Shown piece after piece: positions 16,610-27,373 of a stretch of 32,000 nt of DNA. Below the pieces are notes generated by a model, which did no database searches, was not told the DNA's origin, and worked only from the letters and a program-made list of their open reading frames with translations. Every line of letters begins with the position of its first letter. The first letter of the stretch is position 1. The DNA comes from Acinetobacter wanghuae. GTDB taxonomy: Bacteria > Pseudomonadota > Gammaproteobacteria > Pseudomonadales > Moraxellaceae. A program made the translations under genes and the position numbers. The stretch spans positions 2,340,001 to 2,372,000 of the forward strand of contig NZ_CP045650.1 in the NCBI RefSeq assembly GCF_009557235.1, in the 5' to 3' direction.

Positions 16610-17968
16610 TTATCCCTTAGGATGAGCAGTCGTTTTTCTCATTAATGTTTGACTATCGTACTGGTGCGAGGTGAGATGTGCTTGTAGCTGAGCCATAAAG
16701 TCCATCACAACAACCACAACAATCAGTAAAGATGTCCCACCTAAGCTAAATGGAATACCAAATGAGCTTTGTAGAATCATCGGCATTAAGCAGATGATCG
16801 TGATATAAATCGCGCCGATAAAGGTCAAACGATTGAGAATATGATCTAAGTAACGAGCAGTTTGCTCACCTGGACGTATACCAGGCACATAAGCTCCGCT
16901 GCGTTTCAAGTTCTCTGACACTTCTTTGGGACTAAATACAAGTGCCGTATAGAAGTAACAGAAAAAGATAATTAACGCACCAAAGAGCACCAAATACATC
17001 GGCTGACCAGGCGATAAAACCAATGCCAAATCTTGAAGACTACGTTGGATAATTCCGGCATTCGGATCTGCACTTCCTACCCATTGACCTAAGCTCGCAG
17101 GGAACAAAAGTAATGAGCTTGCGAAAATCGCAGGAATCACACCAGCCATATTAATTTTAAGTGGCAAATGTGTTTGTTGTGCAGTAAATACGCGACGACC
17201 TTGTTGTTTCTGAGCATAGTTTACCGGAATGCGACGCTGCGCTTTCTCGATGAACACAATTGCTGCAAGCACTGCTATAGACAATAAAGCGAATACAGCC
17301 AAGCCTATAAGACTTGATTGACCGTTATCTACAGAAGAGAAAGATTGCATAACTAAGTTAGGCAATCCTGCAACAATACCCGCGAAGATGATCATGGATA
17401 TACCATTCCCCACCCCACGCTCGGTAATTTGTTCACCCAACCACATCAAGAACATGGTACCTGCAACCAGTGACGTTACAGCAGGTACATAGAAAGCCAA
17501 ACCAGAATTCAGAGTAATCCCCTGACTGATCAAGCCTGCACACATACCAACTGACTGCACAAGTGCAAGGAGTAATGTTCCTTGGCGCGTGTACTGATTT
17601 ATCTTACGTTTGCCTTGTTCGCCTTCTTTTTTTAATGCTTCCAGCGACGGAATGACTGTTGACATTAACTGCACAATAATTGAGGCAGAAATGTATGGCA
17701 TGATCCCAAGAGCAAGAATAGACATTCGCTCTAATGCACCGCCTGAGAACATGTTAAACAAACCCAGGATGGTACCTGAGTTTGCATTAAACAGATTCTC
17801 TAAAGCAGCACTATTAATGCCTGGTACTGGAATATGCGCTCCTAGTCGAAAAACCAACAACGCACCAATGAGAAACATCATGCGGCGAATAATCTCACGG
17901 TATTTCACGTGAAATGGTTGGCCTTTCATCATATTGACATGACCTACAGAACTAGGAGACATAGACAC
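16610..17968 (-). CDS. secY: Preprotein translocase subunit SecY
   Basis: Multi-TM protein of about 440-452 aa with [20 protein letters not shown] and the SecY signature region. The GTG at 17968 lies 9 nt after the GAGGAG at the end of rplO. Alternative starts are ATG at 17962, 17932 or 17929 (MKGQPF...). Confidence 0.93.
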   Translation of the reverse strand: MSMSPSSVGHVNMMKGQPFHVKYREIIRRMMFLIGALLVFRLGAHIPVPGINSAALENLFNANSGTILGLFNMFSGGALERMSILALGIMPYISASIIVQLMSTVIPSLEALKKEGEQGKRKINQYTRQGTLLLALVQSVGMCAGLISQGITLNSGLAFYVPAVTSLVAGTMFLMWLGEQITERGVGNGISMIIFAGIVAGLPNLVMQSFSSVDNGQSSLIGLAVFALLSIAVLAAIVFIEKAQRRIPVNYAQKQQGRRVFTAQQTHLPLKINMAGVIPAIFASSLLLFPASLGQWVGSADPNAGIIQRSLQDLALVLSPGQPMYLVLFGALIIFFCYFYTALVFSPKEVSENLKRSGAYVPGIRPGEQTARYLDHILNRLTFIGAIYITIICLMPMILQSSFGIPFSLGGTSLLIVVVVVMDFMAQLQAHLTSHQYDSQTLMRKTTAHPKG

Positions 17969-17974
17969 TGGAGA

Positions 17975-18415
17975 TTACTCCTCGACTTTACCGCCAGCAG
18001 CTTCAACAGCAGCTTTAGCGCCTTTAGTCAATGCAACACCTTGGATAGTGAAAGCACGAGTAATTTCACCAGAAAGTACGATACGAGCGCGAATCATGTC
18101 TTTACGAACAACATTCGCAGCTTTTAAAGTTTCAAGTGAAACAATATCACCTTCAACTTTAGTAAGCTCAGATAAACGTACTTCAGCAGTTTTTAAAGCA
18201 AGTTGGCTAGTGAAGCCGAATTTAGGCAAACGACGATATAACGCTGTTTGACCGCCTTCAAAGCCCGGACGAGTACCACCGCTTTTACGTGAGTTTTGAC
18301 CTTTGACACCACGGCCACCAGTCTTACCAACGCCAGAACCGATACCACGGCCTAGACGAAGGTTATCACGCTTAGCACCTTCTGCAGGTGCAATAGTATT
18401 TAAACGCAGAGTCAT
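17975..18415 (-). CDS. rplO: 50S ribosomal protein L15
   Basis: [36 protein letters not shown]... is a canonical L15. Confidence 0.97.
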   Translation of the reverse strand: MTLRLNTIAPAEGAKRDNLRLGRGIGSGVGKTGGRGVKGQNSRKSGGTRPGFEGGQTALYRRLPKFGFTSQLALKTAEVRLSELTKVEGDIVSLETLKAANVVRKDMIRARIVLSGEITRAFTIQGVALTKGAKAAVEAAGGKVEE

Positions 18416-18418
18416 GGC

Positions 18419-18595
18419 TTATTCCTCTACACTAACCATATAGTAAACTTGGTTGATCATACCGCGGTTAGAAGGAGTATCAACTACTTCTACAGTGTGA
18501 CCGATACGACGCAGACCTAAACCTTTAAGGCTAAGCTTGTGATTTTTCAAGCGATGCGATGAAGATTTAGTCTGGGTAACTTTAATCGTTTTCAT
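18419..18595 (-). CDS. rpmD: 50S ribosomal protein L30
   Basis: Hand translation gives [58 protein letters not shown] (58 aa), which parallels E. coli L30. It falls below the ORF-track cutoff. Confidence 0.95.
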   Translation of the reverse strand: MKTIKVTQTKSSSHRLKNHKLSLKGLGLRRIGHTVEVVDTPSNRGMINQVYYMVSVEE

Positions 18596-18601
18596 GATTG
18601 A

Positions 18602-19099
18602 TTACCCTTGAATTTGTGCTACAGACAAACCACGTTTCGCAGCGACTTTCTCAGGAGAAGTCATATCACGCAAACCTTTGAAAGTTGCGTTTACTACGTT
18701 AGCAGCGTTTGTAGAACCATAGCATTTTGTTAGTACGTTATGTACACCAACAGCTTCTAGAACTGCACGCATAGCGCCACCAGCAATTACACCAGTACCT
18801 TCAGAAGCAGGTTGCATGTAAACGCGGCTTGCACCGTGACGAGCATTAATAGGGTGTTGTACAGTACCGTTAACAAGCTCAACAGTAATCATGTTACGAC
18901 GTGCAGCTTCAAGTGCTTTAGAAATAGCAGCTGGAACTTCACGTGCTTTACCACGACCAAAACCTACGCGACCATTACCATCACCCACAACAGTTAATGC
19001 TGTGAAAGAGAAGATACGACCACCCTTAACAACTTTGGCTACACGATCAACGGCAACCAGCTTTTCAACAAGACCTTCGTTTTGTTCAACTTTAGCCAT
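18602..19099 (-). CDS. rpsE: 30S ribosomal protein S5
   Basis: [43 protein letters not shown] is a canonical S5. Confidence 0.97.
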   Translation of the reverse strand: MAKVEQNEGLVEKLVAVDRVAKVVKGGRIFSFTALTVVGDGNGRVGFGRGKAREVPAAISKALEAARRNMITVELVNGTVQHPINARHGASRVYMQPASEGTGVIAGGAMRAVLEAVGVHNVLTKCYGSTNAANVVNATFKGLRDMTSPEKVAAKRGLSVAQIQG

Positions 19100-19101
19100 G
19101 A

Positions 19102-19452
19102 TTAGAACTCCAAGCCGTTTTCACGAGCAGCATCAGCCAAGGCTTTGATACGACCATGATATTTGAAACCAGAACGGTCAAATGCAACTTTAGTTACGCC
19201 AGCTGCTTTTGCACGTTCAGCAATTAAAGCACCTACTTGTTTAGCTGCTTCAACGTTACCAGTTGTACCAGCACGTAGCGTAGCGTCTAAAGTAGAAGCT
19301 TGCGCTAATACTTTGCCACCATCTGCTGAGATAACTTGAGCATAGATGTGACGCGGAGTGCGGTTTACACACAAACGAGTCGCACCCAATGCACGGATGT
19401 GCAAGCGTGTGCTTTTCGCACGACGCAAACGGGATTGTTTCTTTTCGTTCAT
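19102..19452 (-). CDS. rplR: 50S ribosomal protein L18
   Basis: [16 protein letters not shown]...[27 protein letters not shown] is a canonical L18. Confidence 0.97.
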   Translation of the reverse strand: MNEKKQSRLRRAKSTRLHIRALGATRLCVNRTPRHIYAQVISADGGKVLAQASTLDATLRAGTTGNVEAAKQVGALIAERAKAAGVTKVAFDRSGFKYHGRIKALADAARENGLEF

Positions 19453-19466
19453 AAGAACCTCGCGCC

Positions 19467-20000
19467 TTATTTCTTCTTAGCTTCTTTACGAAGAACAACT
19501 TCATCAGAATAACGAACACCTTTACCTTTATAAGGCTCTGGTGGACGGTAACCACGGATATCTGCAGCAACTTGACCTAAAGCAGACTTATCAGCTGATT
19601 TAAGGACAATTTCAGTTGCTGTAGGAGTTTCAGCAGTTACACCCTCAGGAAGGTTGTAATCGATCGGGTGAGAGAAACCAAGGTTAAGGTTAATAACATT
19701 ACCTTTAACCGCAGCTTTATAACCAACACCGATAAGCTGTAACTTACGTTCGAAACCTTCGCTAACACCTTTTACAAGGTTGTTTAGCACAGCGCGAGCA
19801 GTACCAGCTTGCATCCAAGCGTCTTTCGACTCAGCTTTAGGAGCAACAACTAGTGTACCGTCTTCCTGTTTAAGCTCGACCAGCGCATGCAGGTTGAAAG
19901 ACAATGTACCTTTAGTGCCTTTCACTTCGACCTGCCGGCCGTTCTGAGTAACTGTTACACCGTTAGGTACAGTTACTGGGGCTTTAGCCACACGAGACAT
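19467..20000 (-). CDS. rplF: 50S ribosomal protein L6
   Basis: [17 protein letters not shown]...[15 protein letters not shown] is a canonical L6. Confidence 0.97.
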   Translation of the reverse strand: MSRVAKAPVTVPNGVTVTQNGRQVEVKGTKGTLSFNLHALVELKQEDGTLVVAPKAESKDAWMQAGTARAVLNNLVKGVSEGFERKLQLIGVGYKAAVKGNVINLNLGFSHPIDYNLPEGVTAETPTATEIVLKSADKSALGQVAADIRGYRPPEPYKGKGVRYSDEVVLRKEAKKK

Positions 20001-20013
20001 GAGGAATCACCTA

Positions 20014-20409
20014 TTAAGAAACAAAAGCAATAACTTCACCACCAACGCCTGCAGAACGTGCTGCACGGTCAGTCATGATGCCTTTGCTTGTAGAAACAAT
20101 TGCAATACCTAAACCTTGCTTAACGCTCGGAAGTGCATCTTTACCGCGATACTGACGTAGACCTGGACGGCTTACGCGTTTCACAGTTTCGATAACTGGT
20201 TTGCCTTCGAAATATTTTAATGTAATCGTTAAAGTAGGTTTGCCTTCGTTATCAGCAACCGCTACTTCAGAGATATAACCCTCTTGTTGAAGAACGTTTG
20301 CAATAGCAACCTTCAACTTAGAGTTAGGCATAGAAACGGTTTGTTTCTTAGCCATTTGTGCGTTACGAACACGTGTTAGCATGTCGGCAACGGTATCTTG
20401 CATACTCAT
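20014..20409 (-). CDS. rpsH: 30S ribosomal protein S8
   Basis: [22 protein letters not shown]... is a canonical S8. Confidence 0.97.
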   Translation of the reverse strand: MSMQDTVADMLTRVRNAQMAKKQTVSMPNSKLKVAIANVLQQEGYISEVAVADNEGKPTLTITLKYFEGKPVIETVKRVSRPGLRQYRGKDALPSVKQGLGIAIVSTSKGIMTDRAARSAGVGGEVIAFVS

Positions 20410-20422
20410 TTATAGTCGCTCC

Positions 20423-20728
20423 TTACCAGCTTGCCTTAACAACGCCCGGTACATCACCCTGCATTACTGTTTCACGTAATTTGTTACGGCTTAAGCCGAA
20501 CTTACGGAAGTAACCATGAGGACGACCAGTTAAACCACAACGGTTACGAAGACGTACTGGAGATGCATTACGTGGTAATGCTTGTAACTTCAAAGTCGCG
20601 GCGAAACGCTCTTCATCGCTAGCATTTACATTTGCAATCGTTGCTTTTAATTCAGCACGTTTTGCAGCAAATTTAGCAACAGTAGCTTCGCGTTTCAATT
20701 CGCGATTAATCATACCTTTCTTAGCCAT
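20423..20728 (-). CDS. rpsN: 30S ribosomal protein S14 (long, 101 aa form)
   Basis: [14 protein letters not shown]...[26 protein letters not shown]...KASW is a canonical S14. Confidence 0.97.
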   Translation of the reverse strand: MAKKGMINRELKREATVAKFAAKRAELKATIANVNASDEERFAATLKLQALPRNASPVRLRNRCGLTGRPHGYFRKFGLSRNKLRETVMQGDVPGVVKASW

Positions 20729-20737
20729 ATCGACCTC

Positions 20738-21274
20738 TTATTTAAACGGGAAGCCGAATACACGCATAAGCGCGCGGCCTTCGTCATCGGTGCGAGCAGT
20801 CGTAGTAATGGTAATATCCATACCACGAATACGATCAATCTTATCAAAATCGATCTCTGGGAACATGATTTGTTCTTTAAGACCCATTGAATAGTTACCG
20901 CGACCATCAAACGATTTAGCCGAGAAACCGCGGAAGTCACGGATACGAGGAATCGCAATCGAGATCAAACGGTCTAAGAATTCGTACATACGTTCGCCGC
21001 GTAAAGTAACTTTACAACCAATCGGCCAACCATCACGGATTTTGAAACCAGCGATTGATTTGCGAGCTAACGTAAGAACTGGTTTTTGACCAGCGATAGC
21101 TTGCATATCAGCTAGAGCACCATCAAGGAGTTTTTTGTCAGCAGAAGCTGCACCAACACCCATGTTGATAGTGATTTTAGTAATGCGAGGAATATCCATC
21201 ACATTCTTAACGCCCAATACTTCTTGTAATTGAGCTTTAAGTTCGTCGTTGTAACGTGCTTTAAGTCTGGCCAT
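20738..21274 (-). CDS. rplE: 50S ribosomal protein L5
   Basis: [13 protein letters not shown]...[35 protein letters not shown] is a canonical L5. Confidence 0.97.
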   Translation of the reverse strand: MARLKARYNDELKAQLQEVLGVKNVMDIPRITKITINMGVGAASADKKLLDGALADMQAIAGQKPVLTLARKSIAGFKIRDGWPIGCKVTLRGERMYEFLDRLISIAIPRIRDFRGFSAKSFDGRGNYSMGLKEQIMFPEIDFDKIDRIRGMDITITTTARTDDEGRALMRVFGFPFK

Positions 21275-21290
21275 AGCCTATTTCAACCTA

Positions 21291-21608
21291 TTACTTCGCT
21301 ACCGCCACTGATTCACCAGTTGATTTGAACACGCGAGTTTTCACGCCTTCTACAACTTGGTAACCAACACGGTCAGCCTTTTGGGTTGCAGCATTAAAAA
21401 TTGCCACGTTAGAAATATGAAGCGCAGCTTCTTGAGTTACGATGGCACCTTCAGTACCAGTAGCTCGGTTAGGCTTTTGATGCTTCTTCACCAAGTTAAG
21501 GCCTTCAACCTTTACTTGGTCATTAGAAACAGACAATACAGTACCCTGTTTGCCTTTTTCTTTACCTGCGATCACAATTACTTGATCGCCTTTTTTAATC
21601 TTAGCCAT
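21291..21608 (-). CDS. rplX: 50S ribosomal protein L24
   Basis: [24 protein letters not shown]... is a canonical L24 KOW motif. Confidence 0.97.
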   Translation of the reverse strand: MAKIKKGDQVIVIAGKEKGKQGTVLSVSNDQVKVEGLNLVKKHQKPNRATGTEGAIVTQEAALHISNVAIFNAATQKADRVGYQVVEGVKTRVFKSTGESVAVAK

Positions 21609-21617
21609 GATCGCCTC

Positions 21618-21986
21618 TTATAGAACTTCTGGAGCCAATGAAATAATTTTCATGAACTGTTCAGTACGAAGTTCACGAGTCACTGGTCCAAAAATACGAG
21701 TTGCAATCGGTGCTTTGTTGGTGTTCAAAATCACAGCAGCGTTATCGTCGAAACGAATAACCGAACCATCTGGACGACGGATACCGAATTTTGTACGTAC
21801 AACAACAGCATTCATTACGTCGCCTTTTTTAACACGAGCGCGCGGAATTGCTTCTTTTACAGTAACTTTAATAATGTCGCCAACTGAAGCATAACGACGA
21901 TGCGAGCCACCTAGTACTTTAATACATTGTACGCGGCGTGCACCACTGTTGTCTGCTACGTCGAGCATACTTTCGGTCTGAATCAT
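21618..21986 (-). CDS. rplN: 50S ribosomal protein L14
   Basis: [28 protein letters not shown]... is a canonical L14. Confidence 0.97.
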   Translation of the reverse strand: MIQTESMLDVADNSGARRVQCIKVLGGSHRRYASVGDIIKVTVKEAIPRARVKKGDVMNAVVVRTKFGIRRPDGSVIRFDDNAAVILNTNKAPIATRIFGPVTRELRTEQFMKIISLAPEVL

Positions 21987-22077
21987 TGCCCTACTCCAAA
22001 ACCGAGCAACACCGGTCGAAATTTCGAAAGGCTCAAAGAGTACTCGAAATCAACCGATGATGCAACAAGAACGTTAA
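21987..22077 (-). promoter_or_regulatory. S10/spc operon junction (91-nt spacer; probable spc promoter/leader)
   Basis: This is the largest spacer inside the r-protein run. The minus strand contains TTGCAT-17 nt-TACTCT (possible sigma70 promoter) and GGAG 7 nt before the rplN ATG. In E. coli the spc promoter lies in the same position. Confidence 0.35.
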
Positions 22078-22335
22078 TTACTCAGCAGCTGCTTCAACAA
22101 CTTCAACTAGAGTCCAAGACTTAGTTTTAGAAATTGGGCGGCTTTCTTTGATAGTCACAACATCACCAGTTTTAGCTGTGTTGTTCTCATCATGAGCGTG
22201 TAATTTTGTTGAACGGCGGATTAATTTGCCATACAACGGGTGTTGAACGCGGCGTTCGATAAGCACAACAATAGATTTCTCCATTTTGTCGCTTACTACT
22301 TTGCCTGTTAACGTGCGAACTGTTTGCTCACTCAT
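22078..22335 (-). CDS. rpsQ: 30S ribosomal protein S17
   Basis: [31 protein letters not shown] is a canonical S17. Its start overlaps the rpmC stop by 4 nt. Confidence 0.97.
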   Translation of the reverse strand: MSEQTVRTLTGKVVSDKMEKSIVVLIERRVQHPLYGKLIRRSTKLHAHDENNTAKTGDVVTIKESRPISKTKSWTLVEVVEAAAE

Positions 22336-22529
22336 TGTGCGTTCTCCTGTTTTTCGGTAAGGAGGGTCTTGATACGAGCAATTGTCTTACGAGTAAGCGC
22401 AACTTCGTGCGATTTACCCAATTGACCAGTTGCTTTCGCCATACGAAGACGGAATTGGTTCAACTGTTGCTCATCAAGCAAAGCTGTCAACTCTTCTACC
22501 GACTTTTCACGTAGATCTTTAGTTTTCAT
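22332..22529 (-). CDS. rpmC: 50S ribosomal protein L29
   Basis: [37 protein letters not shown] is a canonical L29. TAATG overlap with rplP. Confidence 0.97.
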   Translation of the reverse strand: MKTKDLREKSVEELTALLDEQQLNQFRLRMAKATGQLGKSHEVALTRKTIARIKTLLTEKQENAQ

Positions 22530-22942
22530 TACATTACCGTCCGAGTCACGATAGCGGTTTTAAACGGAAGTTTAGCAGCAGCAAGAACAAATGCCTCACG
22601 TGCCAATTCTTCGCTAACACCATCAATTTCGTACAAGACTTTACCTGGTTTGATTTGACAAACCCAATATTCTACAGAACCTTTACCTTTACCCATACGC
22701 ACTTCAAGTGGTTTAGAAGTAATAGGTTTGTCCGGGAATACACGGATAAAGATTTTACCACCACGTTTAATACGACGGCTAATTGTACGACGCGCTGCTT
22801 CAATTTGACGCGCAGTCATTTGACCACGTTCAAGCGATTTAAGTGCAATAGTACCAAAAGATACTGTGCTACCACGATGCGCTAGACCAGTGTTACGGCC
22901 TTTTTGCACCTTACGGAATTTAGTACGTTTAGGTTGCAACAT
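22529..22942 (-). CDS. rplP: 50S ribosomal protein L16
   Basis: [21 protein letters not shown]... is a canonical L16. Confidence 0.97.
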   Translation of the reverse strand: MLQPKRTKFRKVQKGRNTGLAHRGSTVSFGTIALKSLERGQMTARQIEAARRTISRRIKRGGKIFIRVFPDKPITSKPLEVRMGKGKGSVEYWVCQIKPGKVLYEIDGVSEELAREAFVLAAAKLPFKTAIVTRTVM

Positions 22943-22945
22943 GGA

Positions 22946-23698
22946 TTATTCTCCTTTTTCAGCAGAACGATCATTGCGACGACCACGACGCTCTTGACCT
23001 TCACCACGACCGCGACCACGTTTAGCTGGACGTTCTTCAGCAGGAGCAGGGTTCATGACTTGTTTCATGCCACCTAAGATCTCGCCACGGAATACCCAAA
23101 CTTTAACGCCGATCGTACCGTAAGTAGTTTCTGCACGTACAGAAGCATAGTCGATGTCAGCACGAAGTGTATGTAGAGGCACACGACCTTCACGATACCA
23201 CTCAGTACGAGCAATCTCAGCACCGCCTAGACGACCTGAAACTTCAACTTTGATACCTTTCGCACCAGAACGCATAGAGTTTTGAACCGCACGCTTCATA
23301 GCACGACGGAACATTACACGTTTTTCTAATTGAGAAGCGATTGCTTCAGCAACTAAACGAGCGTCTAAGTCTGGACGATCAATTTCATTGATGCTTACTT
23401 GCGCAGGAACACCCATGATAGATGTTAATTCGCGTTGTAATTTCTCAATATCTTCGCCTTTTTTACCGATAACGATACCAGGACGAGCAGTGCTAATAGT
23501 TACTTTAGCAGCACCTGTAGGACGTTCGATAAGAATATTGCTCACCATCGCATTCTTAAGTTTTTTAGTTAAAAACTCACGAACTTGAAGATCTTTAAGC
23601 AAATATTCAGCATATTGTTTCGGACTCGCGTACCAGTTAGCGTTATGACGTTTCACAACACCTAGGCGGATACCGATTGGATGAACCTTCTGACCCAT
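22946..23698 (-). CDS. rpsC: 30S ribosomal protein S3 (with Arg/Gly-rich C-terminal extension)
   Basis: [24 protein letters not shown]... is a canonical S3. At 250 aa it ends ...[29 protein letters not shown]. Confidence 0.97.
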   Translation of the reverse strand: MGQKVHPIGIRLGVVKRHNANWYASPKQYAEYLLKDLQVREFLTKKLKNAMVSNILIERPTGAAKVTISTARPGIVIGKKGEDIEKLQRELTSIMGVPAQVSINEIDRPDLDARLVAEAIASQLEKRVMFRRAMKRAVQNSMRSGAKGIKVEVSGRLGGAEIARTEWYREGRVPLHTLRADIDYASVRAETTYGTIGVKVWVFRGEILGGMKQVMNPAPAEERPAKRGRGRGEGQERRGRRNDRSAEKGE

Positions 23699-23699
23699 A

Positions 23700-24032
23700 T
23701 CAAACCCCTACCTTAACGGTAATGTGACAAGTACGCTTAGTGATACGATCTGCACGGCCTTTAGCACGTGGCAAAATACGTTTAAGGCTAGTGCCTTCGT
23801 CAACGTAGATCGTAGCAACTTTAAGGTCGTCTACATCTAAACTGTTATTGTGTTCAGCGTTTGCAATCGCAGATTCCAACGCTTTCTTAACTAAAACTGC
23901 AGCTTTTTTGTTGCTGAAGTTCAAGATATTTAGAGCGTGAGCAATAGATTTGCCGCGGATCAAGTCTGCAACCAAACGAGCTTTCTGTGCCGAGATAGCG
24001 GCACCGCGTAATTTAGCAGTAACTTCCATCAT
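23700..24032 (-). CDS. rplV: 50S ribosomal protein L22
   Basis: (M)[27 protein letters not shown] is a canonical L22. The second ATG (24029) has better spacing from the AAGGTG SD. Confidence 0.96.
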   Translation of the reverse strand: MMEVTAKLRGAAISAQKARLVADLIRGKSIAHALNILNFSNKKAAVLVKKALESAIANAEHNNSLDVDDLKVATIYVDEGTSLKRILPRAKGRADRITKRTCHITVKVGV

Positions 24033-24038
24033 AGCACC

Positions 24039-24314
24039 TTAACGTTTAGATTTCTTGTCAACACCGTGACCACGATAGGTACGAGTTGGCGCGAATTCAC
24101 CGAGTTTATGACCAACCATATGTTCAGATACAATCACTGGAACATGGTTACGGCCATTGTGGACAGAAATTGTTAAACCAACAAAATCCGGGAGGATCAT
24201 CGAACGACGCGACCAAGTTTTGATCGGCTTACGGTTATTAGCCGCGATAGCCGCTTCAACCTTAGCGAACAAGTGCGCATCGACGAATGGGCCTTTTTTC
24301 AGAGAACGAGGCAT
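24039..24314 (-). CDS. rpsS: 30S ribosomal protein S19
   Basis: [15 protein letters not shown]...HNGRNHVPV...[16 protein letters not shown] is a canonical S19. Confidence 0.97.
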   Translation of the reverse strand: MPRSLKKGPFVDAHLFAKVEAAIAANNRKPIKTWSRRSMILPDFVGLTISVHNGRNHVPVIVSEHMVGHKLGEFAPTRTYRGHGVDKKSKR

Positions 24315-24333
24315 TGTCAGATTCCTTTACTTG

Positions 24334-25158
24334 TTACTTAACGCGACGGTCGCGAATAATCATCTTAGTCGTACGCTTGTTGGTACGTGTTTTGTACCCT
24401 TTAGCTTTTTGACCCCATGGGCTTACAGGTTGAATACCTTTATTACGCCCTTCACCACCACCGTGTGGGTGATCAACTGGGTTCATCGCCATACCACGAA
24501 CGGTAGGACGAACGCCACGCCAGCGAGCTGCACCAGCTTTACCGAGTGAGCGAAGGTTGCTTTCTTGGTTAGAAACTTCACCAAGAACTGCACGACATTC
24601 AACGTGAATTTTACGCATTTCGCCAGAACGTAGACGAACAATTGCGTAAGAACCGTCACGACCCAACAACTGAACAGAAGTACCAGCTGAACGAGCAATT
24701 TGCGCGCCTTTACCAATTTTAAGTTCGATGTTGTGAAGAGTAGAACCGATAGGCATGTTGCGAAGTGGCAAGCAGTTACCTGGACGAATTGGAGCATCGT
24801 TACCAGACTGTACTTGATCACCAGCGCGAAGGCCTTTAGGAGCGATGATATAACGACGTTCACCGTCAGCATACAATACAAGTGCAATGTGTGCAGTACG
24901 GTTAGGATCGTATTCGATACGCTCTACAGTAGCAGGAATACCATCTTTGTTACGTTTGAAGTCAACTAGACGGTAGTGCTGTTTATGACCGCCACCAACG
25001 TGACGAGTCGTAATGTGACCGTTGTTATTACGGCCGCCAGTACGTTTTTTAGCTTCAACTAGTGGAGCATAAGGCGCGCCTTTGTGAAGGTGATCATGAA
25101 CCACTTTCTCTACAAAGCGACGTCCTGGAGACGTTGGCTTACATTTTTGAATAGGCAT
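24334..25158 (-). CDS. rplB: 50S ribosomal protein L2
   Basis: [22 protein letters not shown]...[14 protein letters not shown] is a canonical L2. Confidence 0.97.
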   Translation of the reverse strand: MPIQKCKPTSPGRRFVEKVVHDHLHKGAPYAPLVEAKKRTGGRNNNGHITTRHVGGGHKQHYRLVDFKRNKDGIPATVERIEYDPNRTAHIALVLYADGERRYIIAPKGLRAGDQVQSGNDAPIRPGNCLPLRNMPIGSTLHNIELKIGKGAQIARSAGTSVQLLGRDGSYAIVRLRSGEMRKIHVECRAVLGEVSNQESNLRSLGKAGAARWRGVRPTVRGMAMNPVDHPHGGGEGRNKGIQPVSPWGQKAKGYKTRTNKRTTKMIIRDRRVK

Positions 25159-25169
25159 AATATTCGTCC

Positions 25170-25490
25170 TTATTCCGCTGTGCTTTCAGCGGTATCGCCC
25201 AAGTCAGCCATTTCAACATCTTGGCCAGCTTTCAGGGTGACGTATGCTTTTTTAACATCAGAACGACGTCCTAATGTTTTACCAAAGCGTTTAGTCTTAC
25301 CTTTAGTGATCGTTGTGTTAACTTTAACAACTTGAACACCAAAGAGTTGTTCAACTGCTTTTTTGATTTCAAGTTTAGTTGCGTTTACAGCAACTTTAAA
25401 AACTTGAACACCAGCAGTTTCACCTAAAACTTGTGCTTTTTCTGAGAAAACAGGTCCTTGAAGGACTTGATATAAACGTTCGTTGTTCAT
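25170..25490 (-). CDS. rplW: 50S ribosomal protein L23
   Basis: It sits between rplD and rpl[11 protein letters not shown]-like N-terminus ([10 protein letters not shown]) and [10 protein letters not shown] are typical of L23. ATGA overlap with rplD. Confidence 0.95.
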   Translation of the reverse strand: MNNERLYQVLQGPVFSEKAQVLGETAGVQVFKVAVNATKLEIKKAVEQLFGVQVVKVNTTITKGKTKRFGKTLGRRSDVKKAYVTLKAGQDVEMADLGDTAESTAE

Positions 25491-26089
25491 CCGAGTTCTA
25501 CCTCAATTTTCTTAGCAGCAGCTACAGACATAACAACTTTGTCGAACGCAATCAAGCTAACAGGATCAATCGCAGTCGCATCAACCACATCAACGTGTGG
25601 AATGTTACGAGCAGCAAGATACAAGTTCTCATCAACAGCATCAGTAACGATTAATGCGCGAGTCGCATTCAAGTCGTTAAGTTTTGCAAGCAATTCTTTA
25701 GTTTTTGGAGCTTCAACAGCAAACTCTTCAACTAAAACTAAGCGATCTTGACGAACAAGTTCAGCTAGGATGCATTGCATAGCACCGCGATACATTTTAC
25801 GGTTTACTTTTTGAGACCAGTCTTGTGGACGAGCAGCAAAAGTTTTACCACCGCCAACCCAGATTGGGCTACGAATAGAACCAGCACGCGCACGGCCAGT
25901 ACCTTTTTGACGGAAAGGTTTTTTACCACCGCCAGATACATCACCACGAGATTTCTGAGCTTTCGAACCTTGACGACCACCAGCTAAATAAGCTGTAACA
26001 ACTTGGTGTACAAGTGCTTCGTTAAATTCACGACCGAAAGCAACTTCAGATAATTCAACAGCAGAGCCGGAAACAGTATTTAAATTCAC
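25487..26089 (-). CDS. rplD: 50S ribosomal protein L4
   Basis: [36 protein letters not shown] is a canonical L4. Confidence 0.97.
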   Translation of the reverse strand: MNLNTVSGSAVELSEVAFGREFNEALVHQVVTAYLAGGRQGSKAQKSRGDVSGGGKKPFRQKGTGRARAGSIRSPIWVGGGKTFAARPQDWSQKVNRKMYRGAMQCILAELVRQDRLVLVEEFAVEAPKTKELLAKLNDLNATRALIVTDAVDENLYLAARNIPHVDVVDATAIDPVSLIAFDKVVMSVAAAKKIEVELG

Positions 26090-26100
26090 GTTATTTCCCC

Positions 26101-26739
26101 TCAGGCCTTAATAGTAGGACGAACGATAACGTCGCCACCAGTAGAACCAGGAATCGCACCTTTAACAACGAGAACTGAACGTTCAGTGTCGATCGATACA
26201 ATTTCAAGACCTTGTACTGTTACGCGATCCGCACCTAAGTGACCAGGCATTTTTTTGCCTTTGAATACGCGACCAGGAGTCTGGTTTTGACCTGTAGAAC
26301 CTACAGCACGGTGAGAAAGTGAGTTACCGTGAGTTGCGTCTTGCGTACGGAAGTTCCAACGCTTAACACCACCTTGGAAACCTTTACCTTTAGAAGTACC
26401 AGTTACGTCAACAATTTGACCTACTTGGAACAATTCAACGGTAAGAGAAGTACCAACTTCACGACCTTCAAGATCAGCTTCTGTAGCACGGAATTCTTGA
26501 ACTAGACGACCAGCAGCAACACCCGCTTTCGCGAAGTGACCTTTCTGAGCGTTAGTTACGCGAGATTCGCGACGTTCACCAGTAGTGATTTGAATCGCTT
26601 GATAACCATCAGTTTCAAGCGTTTTGATTTGAGTGATGCGGTTAGGATCAACCTCAATCACTGTAACAGGTACAGAAACACCAGCATCTGTAAAGATACG
26701 TGTCATACCGCACTTGCGACCGACTAAACCAATAGCCAT
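26101..26739 (-). CDS. rplC: 50S ribosomal protein L3
   Basis: [20 protein letters not shown]... is a canonical L3. The start is placed at the second ATG (26739), 9 nt after AGAGG; the track start at 26745 is too close to the SD. Confidence 0.96.
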   Translation of the reverse strand: MAIGLVGRKCGMTRIFTDAGVSVPVTVIEVDPNRITQIKTLETDGYQAIQITTGERRESRVTNAQKGHFAKAGVAAGRLVQEFRATEADLEGREVGTSLTVELFQVGQIVDVTGTSKGKGFQGGVKRWNFRTQDATHGNSLSHRAVGSTGQNQTPGRVFKGKKMPGHLGADRVTVQGLEIVSIDTERSVLVVKGAIPGSTGGDVIVRPTIKA

Positions 26740-26753
26740 GTGCATAAACCTCT

Positions 26754-26793
26754 AAAAAAGCGGCCTAATTAACTTAAAACGTTAATTAACCCG
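26754..26793 (-). terminator. Terminator-like hairpin + U6 between rpsJ and rplC
   Basis: Minus-strand RNA: CGGGUUAAUUAAC-guuuuaa-GUUAAUUAGGCCG (12 of 13 positions paired, including one GU) followed by CUUUUUU, which directly abuts the rplC SD AGAGG. Confidence 0.45.
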
Positions 26794-26799
26794 AAAGCC

Positions 26800-27111
26800 T
26801 TAACCCAATGCGATCTGAACATCAACACCAGCTGCAAGATCCAACTTCATCAATGCATCAACAGTTTTATCTGTAGGTTGAACGATGTCGATCAAACGTT
26901 TGTAAGTGCGGATCTCGTATTGGTCACGCGCATCTTTGTTAACGTGTGGTGATGTTAAAACGTTAAAACGTTCAATGCGTGTAGGCATTGGAATTGGACC
27001 ACAAACTTGTGCGCCAGTACGTTTTGCTGTTTCTACGATTTCTTGAGCTGATTGATCAATTAAACGATGATCAAAAGACTTAAGACGGATACGAATTCTC
27101 TGGTTAGACAT
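26800..27111 (-). CDS. rpsJ: 30S ribosomal protein S10 (NusE)
   Basis: [34 protein letters not shown]... is a canonical S10 of 103 aa. The start is set at the ATG at 27111 (GGAG upstream). The 12 extra codons in the track ORF are leader sequence. Confidence 0.97.
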
Positions 27112-27127
27112 ACCAGTAAACTCCAAG

Positions 27128-27189
27128 CCAAAAATATAAAGAATCACCCTTGACGCATCTCATCCCACTAAAAAAGGATAAGTGTCAAG
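27128..27189 (-). promoter_or_regulatory. S10-operon leader hairpin followed by a U-rich tract (attenuator-like)
   Basis: Minus-strand RNA: CUUGAC-a-CUUAUCC-loop-GGAUGAG-augc-GUCAAG, then GGUGAUUCUUUAUAUUUUU, ending about 17 nt before the rpsJ ATG. The position resembles the L4-responsive attenuator of the E. coli S10 leader. Confidence 0.4.
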
Positions 27190-27284
27190 AGCAGTGAATT
27201 ATCACTAAGGTCATGATCGATGCCACGACTGTCACGATGTTAACTACTTTCTTCGCAGTTAACCCCCTCAATCGAGGGTCGCCC

Positions 27285-27313
27285 ATTATAGCCATTGTTT
27301 ATTGCATAAGCAA
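27285..27313 (-). promoter_or_regulatory. Probable sigma70 promoter of the S10 operon
   Basis: Minus strand: TTGCTT-17 nt-TATAAT, with an A-rich upstream tract (gaaaagcgtaaaatcaa). The predicted leader is about 165 nt, and a CCCTCgattGAGGG hairpin follows immediately (27265-27278). Confidence 0.55.
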
Positions 27314-27373
27314 ATTGATTTTACGCTTTTCCTCTACATTTCAAATTGTTCAACAAATCAAGAGTTTGATTTT

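Noticed and set aside
17610-18251. Plus-strand ORFs (100, 72, 67 aa) opposite secY and rplO
   Set aside because: They lie antisense to highly conserved genes and have no SD. Their Arg/Ser/Thr-rich composition is typical of shadow frames.
21357-21894. 88-aa and 95-aa plus-strand ORFs opposite rplX/rplN
   Set aside because: They are shadow ORFs antisense to ribosomal protein genes.
24157-24969. 130-aa (+), 134-aa (-) and 89-aa (+) ORFs overlapping rpsS/rplB
   Set aside because: They are alternative or antisense frames inside rplB and rpsS, with no independent start signals. The conserved L2 frame explains the open shadow frames.
13557-27111. Search for insertions, extra genes or rearrangements in the ribosomal protein supercluster
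   Set aside because: The gene order and the short spacers and overlaps match the E. coli S10-spc-alpha arrangement gene for gene. Apart from the spacer structures reported separately, nothing non-canonical was seen.
27112-27147. 12-codon extension of rpsJ ([12 protein letters not shown])
   Set aside because: S10 homology starts exactly at [10 protein letters not shown], with GGAG upstream. The extension is leader RNA.
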